From Myxococcota bacterium (GTDB lineage Bacteria > Myxococcota_A > UBA796 > GCA-2862545), in assembly GCA_039208735.1 (NCBI GenBank), contig JBCCQY010000194.1, forward strand, positions 1 to 14,252: DNA of 14,252 nucleotides, in the 5' to 3' direction. The notes under the pieces were generated by a model that was not told where the DNA came from, made no database searches, and saw only the letters and a list, made by a program, of their open reading frames with translations. Shown one piece after another: positions 6,998-14,252 of this stretch (position 1 is the stretch's first letter; every line of letters begins with the position of its first letter). The position numbers and the translations under genes are program-made.

Positions 6998-8703
6998 GTG
7001 AAGAAGGCTTCGCGCGAGCCGCCTTTCCTGGTGTGACGTCGGAACACCCTACGATGGGGCCCTTCCTCGCCGCCTTCGAAACCCTCGCGACCTTCGACCT
7101 TGGGCTTTGGGTCAAGACGGGGGTGCAATTCGGGCTCTTTGGCGGCTCGATCTTCTTTTTAGGTACCGAGCGGCATCACGCCTTGCTCGACGACATTGCC
7201 GCCGCGCGACGGCTCGGGTGCTTTGCGATGTCCGAGACGGGCCACGGCAGCAACGTGCGCCAGCTCGGGACCCGGGCGCGCTACGATGCCGCAACTGACG
7301 AGATCGTGGTCCACACGCCCTCGCCAGGCGACCGCAAGGACTACGTCGGCAACGCGGGCGCCCACGGCACCCTCGCCACGGTCTTCGCGCAGCTCGAGGT
7401 GGATGGTGCCGACCACGGCGTACACGCGATCCTGGTTCCGATTCGGGATGAGTCAGGCCAGCCCATGCCCGGGGTGACCCTCATCGACAATGGCGTGAAG
7501 ATGGGCCTCAACGGCGTCGACAACGGCCGCATTGCGTTCGATGAGGTGCGCGTGCCCCGAACCGCCCTGCTCGACCGCTTTGGGCGCATCGAGGAAGATG
7601 GTTCCTACGCAAGCCCGATCGCCAGCCCCTCTCACCGGTTCTTCACGATGATCGGGACGCTCGTGGGGGGGCGGGTCAGTGTCGCCAATGCGGCCCTGTC
7701 GACCTCGAAGGTCGCGTTGGCCATCGCGATTCGCTACAGTCACCGCCGTCGTCAGTTCGGAGCGCCGGGAGAGCCCGAGGTGACCATTGCGAGCTACCCG
7801 TCGCACCAACGGCGTCTGATGCCTCCGCTTGCCATGACCTTGGCGCTCGATCTGGCCCTCGAAGACCTCACCCGCCAGTACGAGTCGCTCGCCCTGGTCG
7901 AGACCGACAAGCGTGAACTCGAAGCTCTGGCCGCGGGCATGAAGGCCATCACCACATGGCATTGCACGGCGACGGTGCAAGCCTGCCGCGAAGCCTGTGG
8001 CGGAGCCGGCTACCTGGCTGTGAATCGCTTTGCCGCACTCAAGGCCGACTCCGATGTCTTCACCACGTTTGAAGGCGACAACACGGTGCTGCTGCAGCTC
8101 GTGACGCGAGGATTGCTCACCGGATTCCGCCAGCAGTTTGCCGACGATCGGGTCACCGGGTTCGTGCGGTTCCTCGTCGACCGAGCACAGTCCACGTTCC
8201 ATCGCCTCAACCCCCTCGAAACCCGCGCTACGAGTACCGAAGCCCTTCGCGATCCTACGTTCCAGCTCGACTTGCTGCGCCATCGCACACAAGATCAGTT
8301 GATTGGGCTGGCGTCGCAGCTGCGGAGCTTGGTGGGCGAGGGTCTCGACGCCACCCAGGCGTTCAATCAGGTGCAGAACGCAGCCCTGTCGCTGGCCCAC
8401 GCGCACCTCGAACAGCACGTGCTGGAGCGGGTGATCGAAGTCGAAGCGTCAGCGCTAGACCCCAGCTTGGGGCCCGTCCTGACTACGGCTCGGAACCTCG
8501 TGGCGTTGCACCGTATTGAATGGGATCTCGGTTGGTTTTTGGAGCACGGCTACATGGCCGGGGGCCAAGCCAGTGCAATCCGACGAGAGGTCGAGGCCCT
8601 GTGTGGGGAGTTGTCGGCCTTCGGCCTTGGCATTGTCGAAGCGTTCCGCTTGCCTCGACTCTCGGCGCCCATCGCCGATCTCACCGAGCCGGCCGAGACT
8701 TAA
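6847..8703 (+). CDS. Acyl-CoA oxidase / acyl-CoA dehydrogenase family protein (catalytic part; full gene probably 6461-8703 with a frameshift)
   Basis: ACOX-type motifs: VQFGLFGG, GCFAMSETGHGSNV, KMGLNGVDNG, AIRYSHRRRQFG, CREACGGAGY, TFEGDNTVLLQ (catalytic Glu), plus C-terminal ACOX helical domain. The frame is open from 6781 and GTG 6847 has no clear RBS. Confidence 0.88.
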   Translation: MAALADLLDGPYPEERQRVRTLLEEPVFTHTLGLSTDQQREQVLRWVVRLGEEGFARAAFPGVTSEHPTMGPFLAAFETLATFDLGLWVKTGVQFGLFGGSIFFLGTERHHALLDDIAAARRLGCFAMSETGHGSNVRQLGTRARYDAATDEIVVHTPSPGDRKDYVGNAGAHGTLATVFAQLEVDGADHGVHAILVPIRDESGQPMPGVTLIDNGVKMGLNGVDNGRIAFDEVRVPRTALLDRFGRIEEDGSYASPIASPSHRFFTMIGTLVGGRVSVANAALSTSKVALAIAIRYSHRRRQFGAPGEPEVTIASYPSHQRRLMPPLAMTLALDLALEDLTRQYESLALVETDKRELEALAAGMKAITTWHCTATVQACREACGGAGYLAVNRFAALKADSDVFTTFEGDNTVLLQLVTRGLLTGFRQQFADDRVTGFVRFLVDRAQSTFHRLNPLETRATSTEALRDPTFQLDLLRHRTQDQLIGLASQLRSLVGEGLDATQAFNQVQNAALSLAHAHLEQHVLERVIEVEASALDPSLGPVLTTARNLVALHRIEWDLGWFLEHGYMAGGQASAIRREVEALCGELSAFGLGIVEAFRLPRLSAPIADLTEPAET

Positions 8704-8954
8704 GGGAAGAGGACCGTCACTTCCACGTGGTCGGGAAAGTCCGCTGAGCCAAGGGACTGTACGCTCTCGTCGTCACCGAGTGCCCACGTGGCATCGTCGA
8801 AGGCTTCGGGGGTAATCGCGGTGCGGAGCATTCGCTCTACGTCGTCACGCTTGGGCACCCTCACGCGCAACACATTGGCGCCGACCCGCGTTGCGGTGAG
8901 TCCTGGCACCGCCATGAAGCGTCGGCGGATCAGTAGCTCGGGGACGTCATCCAT
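8700..8954 (-). CDS. Small hypothetical protein (84 aa)
   Basis: ATG at 8954 lies 4 nt downstream of the DUF3224 stop. Protein-like alpha/beta composition (MDDVPELLIRRRF...HVEVTVLFP). Fills the gap exactly. The upstream part of the ORF-track call is a shadow of DUF3224. Confidence 0.65.
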   Translation of the reverse strand: MDDVPELLIRRRFMAVPGLTATRVGANVLRVRVPKRDDVERMLRTAITPEAFDDATWALGDDESVQSLGSADFPDHVEVTVLFP

Positions 8955-8958
8955 GGGG

Positions 8959-9354
8959 TCACTCAGGCCAGGTGAACTCGAGGTCGAAGGCGTGATCTTG
9001 GCCCTCGCGAGGCGTGATCGTAGCCGAGCCTGCGATGCCGGTCCATTCGCCGGTGCCTGAGCCTTCGAGGATGCGCCAGTGGGCTTGGGGAGCTTGGTCC
9101 GGCCCCGCAATGGCATCATGGAGCAGGATGAAGCCACCCTTCCGGCCGAAGAGGACGCCGGTGATGTGCTCATACCCGCAGTAGGCTCGAAGGTCGGACG
9201 GACCGTGAGCCATGGTGAGGCACGCTGCGCTCTGGCCCTCGAGATCGCCTTCGAAGGTCTTGTCGACGACCGTGCTCACGAATCTCGCCCCTGGGGCATC
9301 CCGCTTGTCGGTCTCTTCCCAACGGTCGATCTTGAAGCTTGCGTGGGCTTTCAT
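8959..9354 (-). CDS. DUF3224 family protein (allene-oxide-cyclase-like beta barrel)
   Basis: GGAGG RBS before ATG 9354. Characteristic segments KTFEGDLEGQS, YCGYEHITGVLFGRKGGFILLH and ILEGSGTGEWTGIAG. Confidence 0.88.
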   Translation of the reverse strand: MKAHASFKIDRWEETDKRDAPGARFVSTVVDKTFEGDLEGQSAACLTMAHGPSDLRAYCGYEHITGVLFGRKGGFILLHDAIAGPDQAPQAHWRILEGSGTGEWTGIAGSATITPREGQDHAFDLEFTWPE

Positions 9355-9452
9355 GAGGCCTCCGCACACGGGTGTAGGCCACCGACCGGATGCGGGCTTG
9401 AACAAACGCGACAGGCCCTTGACGAGGAGGGGTTCGAGGTGCAGAAAATCGA

Positions 9453-9938
9453 ATGCCGAGTTCACTTCCCATCGCTGTGAGGCTGACGCCTGCGTTCGCG
9501 AGCGGACGGGTGCGTCTGGCGGATGTGTTGGCTCACGTTGCAGGACCGGCCGCGCGCGGGCACGAGTCCCGCTGGCGACTCTCTTCCCGCGAATGGACGT
9601 TCGCCCGTCGGGTGCTCACCGAGGCAACCCGACTTTGGCTGTGGCGAACCGATCCGGGGGCGTTTGCGGGTGACTTCGTGCTCGTCGACATGTCGAGCGC
9701 AGAGCCAGAACGTCGCCCGGCGTGGGTGGTCGATCTCAAGTGTGGCGCCCCCCTCAAAGTCGGGGGCGGCGGAGCGGGGAACTCGCTGGTTCAGGCTGCG
9801 CGCGCCATGGCGTGGCTCGAAGCGCAAGGCATCGTGGGACCCGGCGCACCGGTGCTCGCCACAGGCGATGGCGCCGTGGTCTTCGACCTCTGCACCCTTA
9901 GGATTCCGGGGCCTGGGTCGCGGGGGACACCGCGTTGA
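9453..9938 (+). CDS. Hypothetical protein with a PD-(D/E)XK nuclease-like motif arrangement
   Basis: 161 aa, purine-rich GAGG upstream. Helix Glu47, GD74FVLVD strand and WVVD94LK96 strand. Best candidate for the 9355-9898 gap. Confidence 0.7.
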   Translation: MPSSLPIAVRLTPAFASGRVRLADVLAHVAGPAARGHESRWRLSSREWTFARRVLTEATRLWLWRTDPGAFAGDFVLVDMSSAEPERRPAWVVDLKCGAPLKVGGGGAGNSLVQAARAMAWLEAQGIVGPGAPVLATGDGAVVFDLCTLRIPGPGSRGTPR

Positions 9939-11166
9939 TGAGCCGGCCCACGGTGAGGCCCTGAACGAGGACCGAGAACACGACAATCGCGTAGGTCGCC
10001 GTGAGCACGTAGGTGCGCCCCTCGAACTCGGGCAGCGACAAGGCGAGGGCCACCGAGATGCCCCCTTTGATGCCACCCCAGATGAGGATGGGCTGCGTGC
10101 CGGGTGCGAAATCCATGAAGCGGCTCCACACGGACAGTGGAATCAACACCGACACCGCCCGCGCGGCAAGGTTGATCCCGACCAGGAGCACGGCCGCGAG
10201 CATCGCGGACTCCGAAAAGGCGAACGCCACCACCTCGAGCCCGACCAGCAAGAACAGCACTGCGTTCAGGGCCTCGTCGATGAACGACCACACCCGATCG
10301 AGCGTTTGAAGAGTGTCGTCCGACATGGCGCGTTCTCGGCCGCGGTTGCCAATGAGGAGCCCTGCGATGACACAGGCGAGGGGGGCCGAGGTGTGCAGCC
10401 GAAAGGCGATGCTGCTGATTGCCATCACCAGCGCAAACGTGATGAGGACTTCGAGGTTCGGCTCGTCGAGTTGCTGCAGGAGCCGCTCGGTCAGCCAACC
10501 GAGCCCAAAGCCGAGCAAGACTCCTCCGATCACCTCGACGCCCACCAGTTCGAGGACCGATAGCAGGGAGGCCTCCCCCCCGTGGCCCTCGGTGCCGGCC
10601 GCGATCCCCACGAGCACGGTGAACACCACCACACCGACGCCATCGTTGAACAGCGACTCACCGACGACCTTGATCTCCACGGACTTCGGAGCTCCCGCAG
10701 CTCGCATGATGCCCAACACGGCGACCGGGTCCGTCGGCGAGATGAGGGCCCCGAACACGAGGCACCACATCAACGGCACTTCGAGTCCCAGCGCGCTGAA
10801 CACGAGGTAGGCGCCGAGGCCGATGATCGCGGTCGAAATCAGCACCCCGACCGTCGCCAACGTAGCGATGGGGGCAAGCCACTTTCGAAGCCGATCGAAG
10901 TCGGTGTGCAGGGCGCCGGCAAAGAGGAGGAAGCCCAGCATCCCGTGCATCAGCGCTTCGGTGAAGTCGATGTCTTCGAGGACCAGTTCGCGAAGGGCGT
11001 CTCCCAACCCGAGCGAGGGCGAGAGCGCATCCACGCCAAGGACAAACAACGACGCGAGCAGACCAGCGATCGTCAGCGCGACCCCGCTCGGTAGTTTGAG
11101 CGTGAGGTGGTTGAGTGCGCCGAACCCGGCGGCAAGCACGATGAGGAGCGTCACGATCTCGAACAT
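9898..11166 (-). CDS. nhaP: Na+/H+ antiporter, CPA1 / NhaP type
   Basis: About 13 hydrophobic segments. Motifs FLLFAGAL, ISPTDPVAV, GESLFNDGVG, LNAVLFLLVG, WGGIKGGISVALAL and VVFSVLVQGLT. GAAGG RBS. Confidence 0.92.
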   Translation of the reverse strand: MFEIVTLLIVLAAGFGALNHLTLKLPSGVALTIAGLLASLFVLGVDALSPSLGLGDALRELVLEDIDFTEALMHGMLGFLLFAGALHTDFDRLRKWLAPIATLATVGVLISTAIIGLGAYLVFSALGLEVPLMWCLVFGALISPTDPVAVLGIMRAAGAPKSVEIKVVGESLFNDGVGVVVFTVLVGIAAGTEGHGGEASLLSVLELVGVEVIGGVLLGFGLGWLTERLLQQLDEPNLEVLITFALVMAISSIAFRLHTSAPLACVIAGLLIGNRGRERAMSDDTLQTLDRVWSFIDEALNAVLFLLVGLEVVAFAFSESAMLAAVLLVGINLAARAVSVLIPLSVWSRFMDFAPGTQPILIWGGIKGGISVALALSLPEFEGRTYVLTATYAIVVFSVLVQGLTVGRLINAVSPATQAPES

Positions 11167-11211
11167 GGGCCTTCCGAAACGTCACGGCGGAATCGCCGGA
11201 GGCCCATCTTG

Positions 11212-12030
11212 TCAGAGCATCAGAGACCAGGCGGGGCGCGTGATTCGAAGTCCGAGGAAGGTCAGCGCGGGTCCGTACTTCTTGCGGCTCCACAAAAAGC
11301 GTGCCTGGCCCATGAGGAAGGGCGCCGCGAGGAACGCATCGCCGAGCGCCTCGGATTCACGGGCGTTGATAGCCTTCAATTCCTCGCGTGTGGAGCCTGC
11401 TTTGAAGGTGCGCTTACGGCCTTCGGCAACCCAGGACTCGGCGAGGGCCTGCGCCCGGGGCATCAGCTCATCGTGGGGCACGACTTCATCGATCATGCCC
11501 ACTTCGTGGGCATCGGTGGCGGTGGGCTTCCACCCTTCCTGGCCCAACATGCGCTCGGCGTTGGCCTCGCCAATGAGGCGCGGCAGGTGGACCGTCGAAC
11601 AGCCCTCGGGCGAAACCCCGAGTCGGGCGAAGGGGGTTGAGAAGGTGGCTTTTTCGGAAGCGATGATGCCATCACACAGGGTGGCCGAGGTGACCGTCGC
11701 GCCAATCGCGGGACCATTCACCGCGACGAGCAGGGGCTTGTCGAAATCGAGGAAGCGATCGAAGAGGGCCTGATTGGACGCCACGATGGTGTCGCGAAGC
11801 GTCCGGGGATGGCCGAGCTGGATGGTCGCCGAAAGGTTGACCCCAGCGCTGTAGTAGGGGTCGGTTCCTGTGAGCACGACCACGTTGGTCTCGTCATCGC
11901 TGGCCGCCCGAGCGAACGCATCCGCCATCGCGTTCATCATCTCGAGGGTCCACCCGTTGAGCCGCTTGGGCATGTTCATCGTCAGGGTGGTGACGCGGTT
12001 CTTCGTCGAAGCCAGGACCAAATCGCTCAT
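11212..12030 (-). CDS. Enoyl-CoA hydratase/isomerase (crotonase) family, most like delta3,delta2-enoyl-CoA isomerase
   Basis: Motifs PKRLNGW, YYSAGVNL (oxyanion hole), KPLLVAVNGPAIG and FSTPFARLGVSPEGCS. GAAGG RBS. Confidence 0.9.
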   Translation of the reverse strand: MSDLVLASTKNRVTTLTMNMPKRLNGWTLEMMNAMADAFARAASDDETNVVVLTGTDPYYSAGVNLSATIQLGHPRTLRDTIVASNQALFDRFLDFDKPLLVAVNGPAIGATVTSATLCDGIIASEKATFSTPFARLGVSPEGCSTVHLPRLIGEANAERMLGQEGWKPTATDAHEVGMIDEVVPHDELMPRAQALAESWVAEGRKRTFKAGSTREELKAINARESEALGDAFLAAPFLMGQARFLWSRKKYGPALTFLGLRITRPAWSLML

Positions 12031-12092
12031 GGGAGCCTTCTAAGCCGACGAGGTCGAGCGCTCCACGTTTGGCGAACCCACAAATTTCTGCA

Positions 12093-12683
12093 ATGTTCTT
12101 GGGGGCTCGTCGTACGGCGGTTGTGGACCCTTGGCTGGAACACAAGCAGCGGTTGCTGTCTCGTCGTCGTTGCCCGCATTGTGCGGAGCCGGCGTCCGCG
12201 CGTCGGATCCTCCAGGGTCTGCCCTGCGGCAAGTGTGGCGCTCCGCTCGAAGTTCCAGGGACCGAAGATCGCGCAGCCGAGGTGCTCGCAGCGATTCGAG
12301 CGGGCTGGAAGACCTCTCGGTACGCGGTCTACGTTGCGGTGCTTTTGGCCACCTTTTTGTCGGGCTGGGTGCCCTTGCTCGCCTCGATCGTGACCGCGGG
12401 AGCCATGATCACGGCGAATCTGACGCTGCTGCGACGCCCCCTCCGCTGGCTGTCGCCCGTACAGCGGGCGATCACACGCCTAGGCTCTCGGCTTTGGTTT
12501 GTGATGCTGTTGCTCACATCGATGGTGCTCAACACCTTGGCCGCGCCGTTGATCGCAGCATGGGGACTTGGCGCGGCGGCATCGGGCCTCATCGGGGCGG
12601 TTTCCACCTACCTGTACGTCGAAGGATCGCTGTGGCTCATCGAGCGCGCGGTCACGCGGGCTGCGACGGGGAACGAAGCATGA
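12093..12683 (+). CDS. Membrane protein with N-terminal zinc ribbon (CPHC-x14-CGKC)
   Basis: Two CxxC motifs followed by about 4 hydrophobic segments. Stop overlaps the next start (ATGA at 12680-12683). Start uncertain: ATG 12093 or GTG 12123. Confidence 0.75.
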   Translation: MFLGARRTAVVDPWLEHKQRLLSRRRCPHCAEPASARRILQGLPCGKCGAPLEVPGTEDRAAEVLAAIRAGWKTSRYAVYVAVLLATFLSGWVPLLASIVTAGAMITANLTLLRRPLRWLSPVQRAITRLGSRLWFVMLLLTSMVLNTLAAPLIAAWGLGAAASGLIGAVSTYLYVEGSLWLIERAVTRAATGNEA

Positions 12684-13489
12684 TCGAGCAGCTGTTTTCG
12701 TTGGGCACGGCTGGGATGTGGGCGGCGACGGCAACCCTGATTACCACCGCCCTGACGTCGACGGGTCGCCCGGGGGCGACGGTGTTCCTGCTCCTCGCCG
12801 TGCCCACTGCGTTGCTCGAAGCGGGCTACTGGCAGGCGCACCATTGGTTCTTTCCGCCCGCCCACACCTGGGTCCTGTGTCTGTTTGGTCTGTGGGCGGT
12901 CTTCGAGCATTTCTTTCGAGGTGAGCTGTACGGTGAGTTGATGGAGGCGTTGCCGCTCGACGGTTTGGCGGCCTTGCTCATCATTTGGCTGATGTTCATT
13001 GGCCAGGTCGCGCTGGGCACCGCTCCTGAGGGCGCGACGGTGCCGGATGTGGCGCTCGAAGTACGTCGGGCCATCCCCGTAGGACCTGCCCTGGTGCTCT
13101 TGGCGCTCACGATTCCCCTGCAGCTTGTGGTGGGCTGGGCGAGAAACCGAGTGTTTGATGTGTTGCGGGATCTCGGCTTCGGGGGAACCGCAGCGATCCT
13201 CGAGCTGATCGGCGTTACCGGGGCGGTTGTCGCGGTGGTCTTGCTTCCCGCGGTCGCACTTGGTGCCGTGGGCGTCATTGCCATTCCCGTCGTGGTCCTT
13301 GCCCTCGCCGCTCGCCTGGTCGGCAACATCGTGGACCGACAGCGACGACGTGCCTGTCCGCACTGTGGACACAACACCCGGGGGGAAGCGAGCCGTTGCC
13401 CTGCGTGTCACGGTCCATTGCCGATCGTTCGTCCCTTGGCTCCGCCGGCCGTCGTTCCTGTACTTTCGGGCGCAAGAACTCGGATGTAA
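12680..13489 (+). CDS. Multi-pass membrane protein (possibly DUF4126-like) with C-terminal zinc ribbon (CPHC-x10-CPAC)
   Basis: ATGA coupling defines the start (MIEQLFSLG). About 6-7 hydrophobic segments, then RRRACPHCGHNTRGEASRCPAC. The ORF-track extension to 12131 is a shadow of the upstream gene. Confidence 0.78.
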   Translation: MIEQLFSLGTAGMWAATATLITTALTSTGRPGATVFLLLAVPTALLEAGYWQAHHWFFPPAHTWVLCLFGLWAVFEHFFRGELYGELMEALPLDGLAALLIIWLMFIGQVALGTAPEGATVPDVALEVRRAIPVGPALVLLALTIPLQLVVGWARNRVFDVLRDLGFGGTAAILELIGVTGAVVAVVLLPAVALGAVGVIAIPVVVLALAARLVGNIVDRQRRRACPHCGHNTRGEASRCPACHGPLPIVRPLAPPAVVPVLSGARTRM

Positions 13490-13561
13490 CGCTCCAAATA
13501 GAGCATAGGGGCTGGTGTACCGAGGAGAGCCGTGTGGTCTTCTTGGAGCCTGTCTGTGTCC

Positions 13562-14252
13562 ATGTCGACGTTCGGCCTTCGACGGAAGCTGACCCTGCGC
13601 TACGGCATAGGGCTCGCCCTCATCGGCGTGCTCTTTGTCGCGTCGTACGTCGGGTTGACCCAGCTCATCCATTCCCAGCAAACGGACGCGCCGACCATCA
13701 ACGTCAGCGGCCGGCAGCGCATGTTGTCGCAGCGGGTTTCGTTGCTTGCGCTCCGGTATGCGTCGGTCTCAGACCCGACGGAGCGCGCCCGAATTGCCGA
13801 TTTACTCGATCAAGCCATCGGGCTGATGGCCAGTTCGCATCAGGCGTTGACCAACGGAAGTGAGGCGCTGGGGATTTCGCAGACCCAGTCCCTCAATGTG
13901 GAAGACCTCTACGAAGGGTCCACGCGATTGAGCGGCCGGGTTGCGGAGTACCTAAAATGGGCCGAGGGCTTGCGTCAGCTCCCCGCCGGCGAGCTGCGTC
14001 CTGACCATCCTCTCCTCCTTCAGATGCTCGCGCAGTCTGAAAAACCGCTCCTCGCCGACCTGAACCAAGCGGTGTCGCTGTATGAGGCCGAGTCGTCGTC
14101 GCGTGTGGGACAGCTCGCGCAGGTGCAGCTCTACCTGCTGTTGGTGGCCCTGGGACTCATTCTGCTCGAGGCGGGCTTCATCTTCCGACTCATGGTCGAG
14201 AGCATTGTGAACCAGGTGCAAGAGCTGCAACGGAGTTCCGCGGTCATCCGCG
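13562..14252 (+). CDS. Membrane sensor with NarX/PilJ-type periplasmic four-helix domain (histidine kinase, chemoreceptor or diguanylate cyclase); 3'-truncated by the window
   Basis: Manual translation: MSTFGLRRKLTLRY, TM1 (GIGLALIGVLFVASYVGL), P-box-like DAPTINVSGRQRMLSQR, periplasmic helices ending LLADLNQAVSLYEAES, TM2 (LYLLLVALGLILLEAGFIF), then a coiled coil. No stop before the window end. Alternative in-frame GTG starts at 13532 and 13556. Confidence 0.88.
   Translation, partial: MSTFGLRRKLTLRYGIGLALIGVLFVASYVGLTQLIHSQQTDAPTINVSGRQRMLSQRVSLLALRYASVSDPTERARIADLLDQAIGLMASSHQALTNGSEALGISQTQSLNVEDLYEGSTRLSGRVAEYLKWAEGLRQLPAGELRPDHPLLLQMLAQSEKPLLADLNQAVSLYEAESSSRVGQLAQVQLYLLLVALGLILLEAGFIFRLMVESIVNQVQELQRSSAVIR

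Noticed and set aside
9419..9449. TTGACG...GAAAAT as a sigma-70 promoter for the PD-(D/E)XK-like gene
   Set aside because: The 19-nt spacer and weak -10 are not enough to call it.
9523..11773. Plus-strand ORFs of 346 aa and 316 aa over the antiporter and crotonase
   Set aside because: Antisense shadows of well-supported genes.
12131..12679. N-terminal 183 aa of the 452-aa ORF
   Set aside because: Low-complexity, Arg-rich overlap with the zinc-ribbon gene. The ATGA coupling at 12680 gives the real start.
1..14252. CRISPR arrays, tRNA/rRNA, IS elements, integrases, tandem DNA repeats
   Set aside because: None seen. Intergenic gaps are all about 110 bp or less and composition appears uniform.

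Overview
High-GC, densely packed bacterial window. Gene content suggests Myxococcota or a similar delta-proteobacterium, but that is inference. About 12 genes. (1) A 1426-aa single-ORF fusion of an AcrB-like RND permease and a TolC-like outer-membrane factor, joined by an internal signal-peptide-like linker. (2) A small secreted beta-repeat protein. (3) A stand-alone ThDP-dependent (AHAS-like) enzyme, divergent from (4) an acyl-CoA oxidase split by a -1 frameshift from its N-terminal TerB-like domain, with a near-perfect palindrome between them. (5) A small hypothetical gene and (6) a DUF3224 gene. (7) A small PD-(D/E)XK-like protein. (8) An NhaP-type Na+/H+ antiporter. (9) An enoyl-CoA isomerase-like crotonase. 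(10-11) A translationally coupled pair of zinc-ribbon membrane proteins. (12) The 5' part of a NarX/PilJ P-box sensor that runs off the window and is missing from the ORF track. No RNA genes, CRISPR arrays or mobile elements were recognised. Family assignments come from motif recognition by eye, not database searches.
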